Assembly (NCBI GenBank): GCA_963831425.1
Contig: CAWHQC010000015.1
Coordinates: 100,821 to 164,820 of the forward strand
Source of the DNA: an uncultured Gemmatimonadales bacterium
Lineage (GTDB): Bacteria; Gemmatimonadota; Gemmatimonadetes; Gemmatimonadales; GWC2-71-9
DNA length: 64,000 nt
Direction: 5' to 3'
The translations under genes were made by a program, and so were the position numbers. Positions 21,667 through 30,356 of this stretch are shown here, piece by piece (position 1 is the first letter of the stretch; each line of letters starts with the position of its first letter). Below the pieces are notes generated by a model. It was not told the DNA's origin. It ran no database searches and was given only the letters and a program-made list of their open reading frames with translations.

Positions 21667-22170
21667 ATGAGGCGGTGCCGCCTGGTGGAGAAGATGTGGG
21701 TGCTGCTCCCGGCGATGGCCTGCACCCCGCTGGGTCTCTGGATGTACCAGGACCCGGGGGTGACGGTGTCTCGGGTGCGGCTGGGCACCGAGCCGACGGA
21801 CTCCGCGCCCGTCGTGGTGGCGCTCGACGTCAGCAATCCCAATGACTATGGAGTCTCGACCACCCGGGTCGAGCTCTGGTTGAGACTGGACGATCGGCCC
21901 ATCGGCCGCCTCGATCGCACCAGCCATGTGGCACTGCCCCAGGTGGCGACCTCCACCGTAGCGCTTCCGCTCGTTCCCGACCGCGGCACGAGCGCCGCCC
22001 AGCTCCGGGCATTCGGGTCGGGTGTCCATCGCTTCATGGTCGAGGGGCGGGCCACGTTCGCTACCCCGATCGGGAGCCGGAAGGTCCGGTTCGCCCAGGA
22101 GGGCCAGTTGGCGTTCGGGCCGCCAGCTTTGCCAGCATCCGCTCCAGCCGGTCCAGATGCGTCACCGTGA
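21667..22170 (+). CDS. LEA_2/NDR1-HIN1-like (water-stress type) membrane-anchored protein.
   Basis: [104 protein letters not shown] (inner Met of ORF 21358..22170). The family call is from memory. Confidence 0.45.
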   Translation: MRRCRLVEKMWVLLPAMACTPLGLWMYQDPGVTVSRVRLGTEPTDSAPVVVALDVSNPNDYGVSTTRVELWLRLDDRPIGRLDRTSHVALPQVATSTVALPLVPDRGTSAAQLRAFGSGVHRFMVEGRATFATPIGSRKVRFAQEGQLAFGPPALPASAPAGPDASP

Positions 22171-25100
22171 GCGTCACCACCCCGAACTCCTCCTCGACCT
22201 TCCCCCGAAAGATGAACGGTCCCTGATCGAACAGCACGTGACCGCGCTCACGATAGATGTCCGGGAAGAGCACGACCTCGATGAGCCCGTCGCCATCGTC
22301 GAAGGTGGCGAACTCCATCGGCTCGTCCTTCAGCGTGTGGACCGGCTTGGCGCTGGTGAGCATCCCGGCCGCCAGCACGTGCTCGCCTACGTGCCGGTGC
22401 AGTTCCGTGCTGGGACAGAGCCGGAACCGCCGGAGGTCGTCCGCGTAGAGCCGCATCGGGTGCGCGTCGGTGGTGAAGCCGAGGGCGGCGTGCTCCTCCC
22501 GGCGGCGGCGCTCGGGGCCGTACTCCTTGAGCACGGGCACGGCGGGCGGAAGGTGGTCGAACCAGTCGCCCGGGCGATCGTCGGGTGAGCGGACGCACTC
22601 GGCGGTCGAATCCACCAGCCAGAGCATCATGGGCCGGGTCCAGTCGCCCGCGATCGAGTCCAGCGCGCCGACCTTGATGAGCGCGCGCAGGTCGGCGGGG
22701 GAGATGCCGGTGCGGGCGCGGAGGTCGGCCAGGCTGGTGAACGGGCGGAAGGATGGAAGGACGGAAGGCGGAAAGGGAGAAAGGACCCGCGGCCAGGCAC
22801 CGGCACTGTCATCCCGAGCGGAACTGTCATCCCGGGCGGAACTGTCATCCCGAGCGGAGCGAGGGATCTGGCCGGGCCGAGCTCGAACCATTCCCAGCAA
22901 GATCCCTCCGTCGCTGGCGCTCCCTCGGGATGACAGTCCCGCTCGTCGTCTTCCTCCGCCCGCTTCTCCCTCCCTCCATCCCGCGCTTCCAGCACCCGCT
23001 CGGCCCCCTCCGCCGACAGCTCCTTCACGAACTGCAGCCCGATCCGGAGCTCCCGCCCGCGGCCGGTCGTGCGGAGTTCGCTCGCGTTCACGTCGGGCGG
23101 CAGCACGGTGAGCCCCATGCGCATGGCCTCGGCGACGTAGACGAACGGGTGATAGAACCCGCCCCCGTTGGCCAGCACCGCGGCCATGAACTCGGCCGGA
23201 TGGTGCGCGCGCAGGTAGCACGCGTGCTGCGCCACCTGGATGTACGACGCCGAGTGTCCCTTGCAGAAGCTGTAGCCGGCGAACGACAGGATCATCGCCC
23301 AGACCCGCTTGGCCGTCTCGGCGTCGCGGCCGAGCGCGAGCGCGCCGGTGAAGAACTCCTCGGCGTAGCCGGCGAGCGCCCTGGCGGGTCTCTTCTTGGA
23401 GAGCGACTTCCGGAGTCCGTCGGCGGTGGCGAGCGGCATCCCGGCAAAGGCGGCGCACACGTTGACCACGTCCTCCTGGTAGACCATGACGCCGAACGTC
23501 TCGGCCAGCGTGTCGCGCAGCACGGGGTCGAGCGGCTCATAGGGCGCGCCGTGCAGCCGCTCGAGATAGAGCCGGATGAAACGGTTGGAAGCGGGGCGGA
23601 TGATGCTGGTGTTGAGTACCAGCAGCTCGAAGGTGTCGGCCCGACTCTTGGCGCAGAGCGCCCGCGAGGCGGGCGACTCGGTGTAGAACACGCCCATCGT
23701 CCGGCCGGTCCGGAAGAGCTCCTTCGTGGGCTCGTCGTCGCCGGGATCGGAGGAGGTGTAGTCGATGTGCCGGCCGGTGTGCGCGTGCACCGCCGTGATG
23801 GCGTCGCGGATGACGGCCAGCGAGCGGTTGCCGAGCAGGTCGATCTTGATCAGCCCCGTGTCTTCGGCGCCGTCCTTCTCGAACTGGATGACGGGCACGG
23901 TCAGATCCGGGTGCCCGTCGAGCGTCTTGACCGCGCGCTCGGTCGGCACGTAGTCGGTGAGCGCGGTGGGCACGATCACGACGCCGCCCGGGTGAAGCGA
24001 GAGGTGCCGCGGCACGCCCACCAGCGGCGCCGCCATCCGGGCCAGCTCCTGCCAGCTCGGCGGCAGGTCGAGCGCCTTGAAGTTGGGATGGGTGGCGAGC
24101 ATCTCCTCGAGCGGCTGCTCCTCGTACCACGGGATCCGGCGCGTCACCTCGCGGATCTCGCCGTTGGGCCGCCCGTGCACCTTGGCCACCTCCCGGAGCG
24201 CGCCGCGGAGGCGGAAGCAGTTGTGGTTGGCCACCATCGCGGCCTGCGGATGGGGGTAGTGCCGGAACACGTAGGCCAGAACGTTGTCGCGCTCGTCCCA
24301 CGGAAAGTCGAGGTCGATGTCGGGCGGGTCCGTGCGCGCCGGATTGAGGAACCGCTCGAACAGGAGCCCCGCGCCGAGCGGCTCGACGTGGGTGATGCCG
24401 AGACAGTAGCTCACGATCGAGTTGGCGACGGAGCCGCGGCCGCAGTGGGTGGGGCCGTGCTCGACGATGTCGCGCACCACCAGGAAGTAGTCGGCGAACC
24501 CCTTCATCCCGATGATCCGGAGCTCGTGCTCGAGCCGGTCGCGCGTCACCGGCGCGATGGTGCCGTAGCGCCGCTCGGCGCCGGCATAGGCGAGCGCGCG
24601 GAGCTCCTGGGTGGCGTCGTTCGCGTCGGCGAAGCGCGGCGACACCACGCGGCCCACCGGAATCCGGTACGCGCAGCGCTCGGCGATCTCGGCCGCGGCC
24701 CGCAGCGCCTCGGGGCAGTCCGGGAACTGGCGCGTGAGGTCGGCGGTGGGGCGGAGCCAGGCGTCGCGGGCAGACGGTCGGGCGGGCAGGCGGTCGGGTG
24801 GTTGGGGGGTCTCACTCTCCTCCCGACCGTCCGACCGCCTGTCCACCCGCCCGCCCGAGAGCGTGCCGTTGAGGTGGATCGCCCGGAGGAGCCGGTGGCG
24901 GCTCCAGTCTTCGGGGTGCGCCATGACGACGGCGTTGGTGACGACGGGCGGAAGGCCCATGCGGCGCGCGGCGGCGAGCACGGCGTGGCGCTTCTTGCCG
25001 GGACGGAGCTCGGCGTAGAGGTCCCGCGGCCCACTCAGGCGGAGAACGCGCTCCAGGAAGGCGGGATCCTGTGAGAGGAGGACGAGGCCGGCGCGATCGG

Positions 25101-25509
25101 CGGCGAGGGAGGCGGAAAGACGGAAAGACGGAACGACGGAAGGATGGAAAGGCGGGGCAGGTAACCCCGATCGCGGCTGATTGTCCTTCCGTCCCTCCAT
25201 CTTTCCGTCCTTCCCTCCTTCCGTCCAGTGAATCTCCGTGATCGTCCGGCAGAGCGCCGCCCACCCGCGCTCGTCCATCGCGAGGGCGACGGTCTCCTCA
25301 TCCTCGGTGACGAGGTGCGCGCCGAGGATGGGTCGCACGCCGGCAGCCTCGCAGACGCGCTGGAACTCGACGGCTCCGTAGACGCCATTGGTGTCGGTGC
25401 AGGCAAGCGTGCCGAACCCTCGCTCGGCCGCCGCGCCGGCAAGGACCTCGGGACTCGAAACACCGGTGCCGAAGGAGAAGTGGGTGTGGAGGTGCAGGTG
25501 GGTAAACAT
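22061..25509 (-). CDS. dnaE2: Error-prone DNA polymerase III alpha homologue DnaE2. It carries two in-frame hairpin-repeat insertions and a 236-nt composite repeat insertion that changes the reading frame near the C-terminus.
   Basis: The PHP start [21 protein letters not shown] and full-length alpha-subunit similarity lie in ORF 22627..25752 ([14 protein letters not shown].., [48 protein letters not shown]). After ..[19 protein letters not shown] the conserved sequence resumes as [29 protein letters not shown].. in ORF 22061..23458. Confidence 0.85.
22745..22980. mobile_element. Composite nested palindromic (MITE-like) insertion inside dnaE2.
   Basis: The outer arms are GGAAGGATGGAAGGACGGAAGGCGGAAAGGGAGAAAGG (22748..22785) and its approximate complement at 22946..22983. 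The inner element has three 18-nt tandem units CTGTCATCCCGRGCGGAA (22806..22859). The last extends to ..GCGAGGGATCT and pairs with AGATCCCTCC..CCCTCGGGATGACAG (22900..22936). Confidence 0.75.
24772..24852. repeat. 81-nt hairpin element with 8-nt periodic G-rich/C-rich arms, in frame inside dnaE2.
   Basis: AGACGGTCGGGCGGGCAGGCGGTCGGGTGGTTGG, loop, TCCCGACCGTCCGACCGCCTGTCCACCCGCCCGCCCGA. It is translated as [27 protein letters not shown] between conserved ..LNGTLSG and ARDAWLRP... Confidence 0.7.
25105..25226. repeat. About 120-nt hairpin element with 8-nt periodic purine/pyrimidine arms, in frame inside the dnaE2 PHP region.
   Basis: GGAGGCGGAAAGACGGAAAGACGGAACGACGGAAGGATGGAAAGGCGG, 28-nt loop, TCCTTCCGTCCCTCCATCTTTCCGTCCTTCCCTCCTTCCGTCC. 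It is translated as [41 protein letters not shown]. Confidence 0.7.
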
Positions 25510-25545
25510 TTGCGTGTGCGCCCACCGGGGTACGAGACGGGGGTG

Positions 25546-25564
25546 GTTCGGGTTTTCTTCGGTA
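25546..25564 (+). promoter_or_regulatory. Direct-repeat operator candidate GTTCGGGttttcTTCGGTA (11-bp period), upstream of dnaE2.
   Basis: It lies 37-55 nt upstream of the dnaE2 ATG (25509) and downstream of a TTGACG hexamer (coding strand, 25592..25587). 16 of 19 positions are identical to the site at 36904..36922. Confidence 0.5.
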
Positions 25565-25928
25565 AGGTGCTGTCGGCGGCGGCGCGCGTCAAGGAGGCGC
25601 GGAAGCCGTGGGCTTCGGACGCGCCATCCTGACCCAGCTCCGCGCTCACCTCCTGCCGAAGGCCCCGGCACTTGCCGGCATGGTGGCCGCTGGTGGATCG
25701 CGAACACGTTCACCGATTCTCCCGTGCGTTCGGTGCTTCGCTCGGTCGACATCGGCCGCGGAGGAACGCACGTGGTCAGCGGTTCGGTGTAGAAGGCGAT
25801 GCACTTCTGGCTGCCGCTGCTGGCGGCGGCGCTCTGCGCCTATCTGGGCGAGGCATCGCGAGCGATTAACGCCAGCCGGCCGGAGCACGGCACCGCATCA
25901 CGGCGGCCGATTTTTCCTCCGATGATGC

Positions 25929-25957
25929 TTGATATCCCTTGGGCTCGCGGTTAATCT
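25929..25957 (+). promoter_or_regulatory. Sigma70-like promoter candidate, TTGATA-17 nt-TAATCT.
   Basis: TTGATA at 25929..25934, a 17-nt spacer and TAATCT at 25952..25957, in an AT-richer patch of an otherwise unassigned 1-kb gap. Confidence 0.35.
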
Positions 25958-26388
25958 TCCCGCGGGAGTCGCGTCCCGATGATGACTCGTAGCGGCGGCA
26001 AAGTTTCGATCGTCGGCGGGTGTGACCAGGCTGGTCACGATCATTGGTGGCGCGATTTTGCGTTTCGACGAATCACGAGCTCTCAGAGGAGCGGCATGTC
26101 ACTGTCGGTGAAGGCGCGGAGCACCGAAACCCATCGGCGTGGCCGTCACGCGATCGAGCGTGCGCGGCCCACGGCCGACGCGTCGCGCCTGCGCCATGCG
26201 CAGCTCATGCTCCCGCGGGGCGTGCATCGGACGCGCATGTCCGAGACTCGCACGCTACCGGGGAGTGCGGCGGTTCGGCGGGTGCGAACCGCGCCACGCT
26301 CCCCGTACCCGAGCCTGAAGCGCACTGAGGCCGTGAGGCTGCCCAGGTCCACCGGGTAGTCCGCCACCGTCCTCCCGGGCAGCAGCCT

Positions 26389-26430
26389 CGCCCCACCTGC
26401 GCTTCACGCCCGGGTGGGGCGAAGTGTTTC
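26389..26430 (+). terminator. GC-rich hairpin (9-bp perfect stem CGCCCCACC/GGTGGGGCG, 15-nt loop) followed by AAGTGTTTCC.
   Basis: Seen directly in the sequence, 100 nt upstream of the traR/dksA-like gene. It could be a terminator or attenuator of a transcript from the 25929 promoter. Confidence 0.3.
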
Positions 26431-26529
26431 CGGGATGGCGAGCGCGACCTCGGTGATCCCGGCTACCGAACGCGGCCTGGGCAGGGCAACGCAACTCCCG
26501 AGCCCTGACGACATCGAAGGAGGCGAACG

Positions 26530-26862
26530 ATGAGCACACTCGAGAAGAAGAAGAAGACCTCCATTGCCGCACGGCACGCGGAGCTGAGAGCCGGGATGGA
26601 GGAGGATCTCCGGCGACTCGCATTCGGCCGGTCCTCGCGCGGTGCGGGAGAGGTCACGATGGAGGCGGTCCAGCAACTCGAGCCTCGCGCCCGCCGGCGC
26701 GGGCTGGAGCTGCTCGACGCTCTCCGCCGGTTCGACGCGGGCACCTACGGCATCTGCACCGGCTGCGAGACCCGGATCCCCTATGTGCGGCTCTCGGCCA
26801 TTCCCGAGACGACCGTCTGCGTGGAGTGCAGCGGCGCCCGCGAGCTGCTGTTCCGGGCGTGA
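26530..26862 (+). CDS. TraR/DksA-family C4 zinc-finger protein.
   Basis: Intact ORF with a GAAGGAGG Shine-Dalgarno upstream. ..LDALRRFDAGTYGICTGCETRIPYVRLSAIPETTVCVECS is a CxxC-x17-CxxC zinc finger. Confidence 0.8.
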   Translation: MSTLEKKKKTSIAARHAELRAGMEEDLRRLAFGRSSRGAGEVTMEAVQQLEPRARRRGLELLDALRRFDAGTYGICTGCETRIPYVRLSAIPETTVCVECSGARELLFRA

Positions 26863-26909
26863 GCGGCATGCGAGCCGGACAAGTGAGAACCCAGCCAGGA
26901 GGATCGAAG

Positions 26910-27227
26910 ATGAAGATCAGGATCCGAAGTGCCTCGTCCCTGACGGACGGGCTGCGCGGACACATCGGGCGGCGGCTGCGGTCGGCCCTTGACCGGTTCC
27001 GCGGCCACGTGGATGACGTGCAGGTGCGACTCAGCGACGTCAATGGTCCGCGCGGCGGCGTGGACAAGCGGTGCCGTCTGGTACTGAGTGTCTCGAGCGG
27101 CAACGTCGTCGTCAGCGAGGGCCGCGCACCCAACTTCTATCAGGCGGTGGATCTCGCCGCCAACCGCGCGGCCCGCTCGGTCGGGCGGGTATCCGCCGCC
27201 CCACATCTGATGAGGAGGACGGCATGA
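26910..27227 (+). CDS. hpf: HPF/RaiA-family ribosome-associated (hibernation) protein, short form.
   Basis: MKIRIRSASSLTDGLRGHIGRRLRSALDRFRGHVDDVQVRLSDVNGPRGGVDKRCRLVLSVSSGNVVVSEGRAPNFYQAVDLAANRAARSV (inner Met of ORF 26826..27227, GGAGGA Shine-Dalgarno). Confidence 0.65.
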   Translation: MKIRIRSASSLTDGLRGHIGRRLRSALDRFRGHVDDVQVRLSDVNGPRGGVDKRCRLVLSVSSGNVVVSEGRAPNFYQAVDLAANRAARSVGRVSAAPHLMRRTA

Positions 27228-27622
27228 GAGTCGCCCACGCCATGCGCACGGATCTCAGGACGATCTCTTCGAGCGCGATGGTCCCCGACGCCGTCGCGGC
27301 CCTGGTGGAGGGCCGGATCTCCTCGCTGCCCGTCATGGACGGGCAGCGGCCGATCGGGGTCGTCTCGCAGCAGGACATCCTCCGGGCCGCGATGGAGAGC
27401 GATGGCGAGGGTCGCCCGCGCTGGTTTGCGGAGCGCACCCCAGTGATCGCGATCATGTCCCCGTGGCCGCCGGCGGTCGCCGCCGACACGCCGGTAGCCG
27501 AGGCCGCGCGCACGATGCTGTACCTCGACCTCAAGCGGGTGTTCGTGGTGGACGGTGGCGACCTCGTCGGTGTCCTCTCGCAGGCCGACATCGCCGATGC
27601 CGTGGCCGTGGCCAGGCTGTAG
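27224..27622 (+). CDS. CBS-domain pair protein.
   Basis: MRVAHAMRTDLRTISSSAMVPDAVAALVEGRISSLPVMDGQRPIGVVSQQDIL..VFVVDGGDLVGVLSQADIADAV. The start overlaps the hpf stop (ATGA). Confidence 0.75.
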   Translation: MRVAHAMRTDLRTISSSAMVPDAVAALVEGRISSLPVMDGQRPIGVVSQQDILRAAMESDGEGRPRWFAERTPVIAIMSPWPPAVAADTPVAEAARTMLYLDLKRVFVVDGGDLVGVLSQADIADAVAVARL

Positions 27623-27669
27623 AGCGGCGGGCGGGGCGGTGGACGGCTCCGGTGCGGATCGGAGGCCGG

Positions 27670-30331
27670 CTACCGTCCCGTCCGCTGCAGCTCTTCGAAC
27701 CAATTCAAGACCAGATCGACGCGGCGCGGCGCCGACTCGGGCGGGACCTTGATCATCAGGAATCTCCGGCCGTTCGGCTCGACGTCGTAGCTCCCCGTGA
27801 AGAGCTCGGTGGGATAGGAGCCCGCGAACAGAAATCCTGGCCGGCCGGTCTCGCCCGTGGCGGGTACAACCCCCACAGCGAATACGCTGTCGCCGCTGCG
27901 GTAGACCAGCTCGCGGCCGGCTCGCGTCCAGCGGGGCTCCGCCCCACCGGAGGTGGAGATCTGACGCCGCAGCCGCCCAAGGTCAGGGTAGGACTGGACG
28001 TACACTTCGCGGCGCCCCGACTCGTCGGAGTCATAGGCGAGCCACCGGCCATCCGGCGACAAGGCCGGCCGGCGAGCGGAGAAGCGGCTCTGCAGCAGTG
28101 GTCGGGCCTTGCCGTTTCCGTCCAGCGGCAGCACCCAGATCTCGCTCGCCGCGGGCGCGCTCTGCGAGAACAGCAGGAGCTTGCCGTCCGATGAGACCGA
28201 GCCTGCGTACTTGTCGGAGCCGCCCACCAGGACCGGCGTTTCCGGCGAGCCGGCATCGGCCGCGCGCGAGTACAGGTCAAAAACCGGCTGTTCGGACGAG
28301 TAGATCAGGCGCCGGCCGTCGGCGGTCCAGAAGGCCCCGAATTCGGCGGCGTCCCCGGACGTGATCCGGGTAAGAAGATCCCGGGCCTGCTCGTAGACCC
28401 AGATGTCCCGATTGCCGCCGGTCCCGGTGATCGTGAGCGCGACCCGGCGCCCATCGGGCGAGAGCGCCGGCTCGGAGTAGCGCCCGGGCCGTGTCAGGAG
28501 CGGTTGCTCGGTGCCGTTTCGCGAGACCCACACCGGCTGGGTCTCCCCATTCATTGTGGAGGCGGGAATGTAGGCCAGGTCGCCACGGTCGGAGACGCTG
28601 AACGCTGCCATCCCGTTGGACGGCAGCCCGGCGACGTCGCCTAGCACCGGGATCGCCGGGCCGGCCACGGCGAGGTGGCGGAGATCGAACGGTACTTCGA
28701 GCAGCGACTCGCCGCTGGCGTAGACCAACTGCCCGGTGGTCAGGTAGCGGCCCATGACGCCGCCCCGCACCAGCACCCTGCGCTCGCCCGTCCGGAGGTC
28801 CAGCAGCTCGATCCTGGCGCGGTCGATGGGCGTAGAGAAGTTGGTGAACACCACATGACGCCCGTCGGGAAGAATCTGCGGCCACCAGTGGGCCAGTTCC
28901 CCCGCGGTGGAATCGGGGGTGGTGAGGCGCTCGGCCGCGGCGCCGCCCGCGCTCACCCGCCACAGCCCGCTCTTGTACGATTGGGTATAGACGATGGTAC
29001 CGTCCGGCCCCCAGCTCCCGCCTCCCCAGCTCGCCTCGGCGAGGACGATCGGGTCGCCGCCCTCCACCCGCACTTTCTTCAGCTTGCCCCCTGCGGTGAA
29101 CCCGATCCACGCGCCGTCGGGCGAGAAGAACGGCAACGTTCCGTCCTCGGTCCCGCGGACCGGTTCCACATCGGTTCGGCCGAGCTCGCGAAGCACGATC
29201 GTGGACTGCCCCGCCACCGTCACAGGAATCGCGAGCCGCCGGCCGTCGGATGAGAACGCCGGAAGCGGGTTGCCGGCCTGAAGTCGGTCCGCCGCGGGAA
29301 GCTGGACGGAGAATCGAACCGGCCCTCCCGGTGCGGACACGTTCGGCCGAGCGCGCACGAGCAGCCCGGCGATGGCGAGGAGAGCGAGAGCGAGGAGGGC
29401 CCAGGGGAGCGCGGGCCGGGTGAGCCGGGCCCGAGGACGCCGGAGCGGCGTGACGACAGGTCGCCGAGAGCGCCCCGGAACCCGTGGCCGCCGGCGTCCG
29501 GCCCGCCAGCGCCGCGGCGAATTCCGCGGCGGAGGCGAAGCGATCGGCGGGCAGCTTGGCGAGCGCCTGGTGAATCGCGGCGGCCGCCGCGGGCGGCACG
29601 GTGTCGCGCGCGGCGGTGAGCGGCGGCGGGCTTCTCGCGTGATCACCTTCGGCGACGATCGCCTGCGCGGTCGAGCCGAGGAACGGCGGGTCGCCCGCCA
29701 GCATCTCGTAGGTGACCGCCCCGAGCGCGTACACGTCGCTGCGGGGGCCGATCTCGCGCTCGCCCATCGCCTGCTCGGGGCTCATGTAGTGCGGCGTGCC
29801 GAGCGACATGCCGGTCTCGGTCATCCGGGTGCCGCCGGCCTCGCTGGCGGCGAGGGCGATGCCGAAGTCCGCCACCAGCGCCTGCCCGTCGTGGAGCAGG
29901 ATGTTCTCGGGCTTGATGTCGCGGTGGATGACGCCGTGGCGATGGGCGTAGTCGAGCGCGCTGGCCACCTCGCCGGCGATGGAGAGGGCCTCGCCGACGG
30001 GCAACTGCTTCTCGCGGGTGAGCCGGTCGCGCAGCGATTCGCCTTCGACGAACGGCATGACGTAGAAGAGGAAGCCGTCGGCCTCGCCCGAATCGAAGAG
30101 CGGAAGGATGTGGGAGTGCTGCAGGTTCGCCGTGGTCCGGATCTCGGCCAGGAATCGCTCGGCGCCGATCACGGCCGCCAGCTCGGGGCGCAGCAGCTTG
30201 AGGGCGACTGGGCGGCCGTGCCGGACATCGTGGGCCAGGTAGACCGTGGCCATGCCGCCGGCGCCGAGCTCGCGCTCGAGCCGGTAGCGATCGGCGAGCG
30301 CGGCCTGTAACCGGATCAGGACATCTTGCAC
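27670..30331 (-). CDS. Ser/Thr protein kinase fused through a TM segment to a large PD40/TolB-like beta-propeller. Three clustered frameshifts in the linker (about 29480-29650).
   Basis: The kinase part in ORF 28277..30331 reads YRLERELGAGGMATVYLAHD..HRHGVIHRDIKPENILL..ADFGIA..GTPHYMSPEQ. ORF 27670..29646 holds the TM segment ALPWALLALALLAIAGLLV and repeats FSSDGRRLA, FSPDGAWIGF, WGPDGTIVY, LSPDGRRVAL, WTADGRRLIY, LSPDGRWLAYDSDESGRREVYV. Confidence 0.85.
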
Positions 30332-30356
30332 GCTGGCCGCATGGAAATGGGATGCT

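Noticed and set aside
22753-25074. 773-aa + strand ORF covering most of dnaE2.
   Set aside because: It is antisense to a full-length, clearly homologous DnaE2 reading frame. Its translation is Arg/Gly/Pro/Val-rich with no recognisable motifs. This is a typical GC-rich shadow ORF.
22745-25226. The three dnaE2 insertions considered as inteins or introns.
   Set aside because: At 81-236 nt they are far too short. They lack intein splice-junction or intron structural signatures and consist of simple periodic hairpin repeats.
25702-25711. GAACACGTTC upstream of dnaE2, considered as a Cheo-type (GAAC-N4-GTTC) LexA box.
   Set aside because: The spacer is 2 nt rather than 4, the site lies about 190 nt from the start codon, and no matching site exists at the imuB operon. 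The TTCGG direct repeat is the better shared motif.
25510-25752. 81-codon N-terminal extension of the dnaE2 ORF (MSTERSTERTGES..).
   Set aside because: DnaE-family PHP domains start at the ..HLHxHxxxS motif, which here follows the Met at 25509. The extension has no homology-like features and contains the operator candidate.
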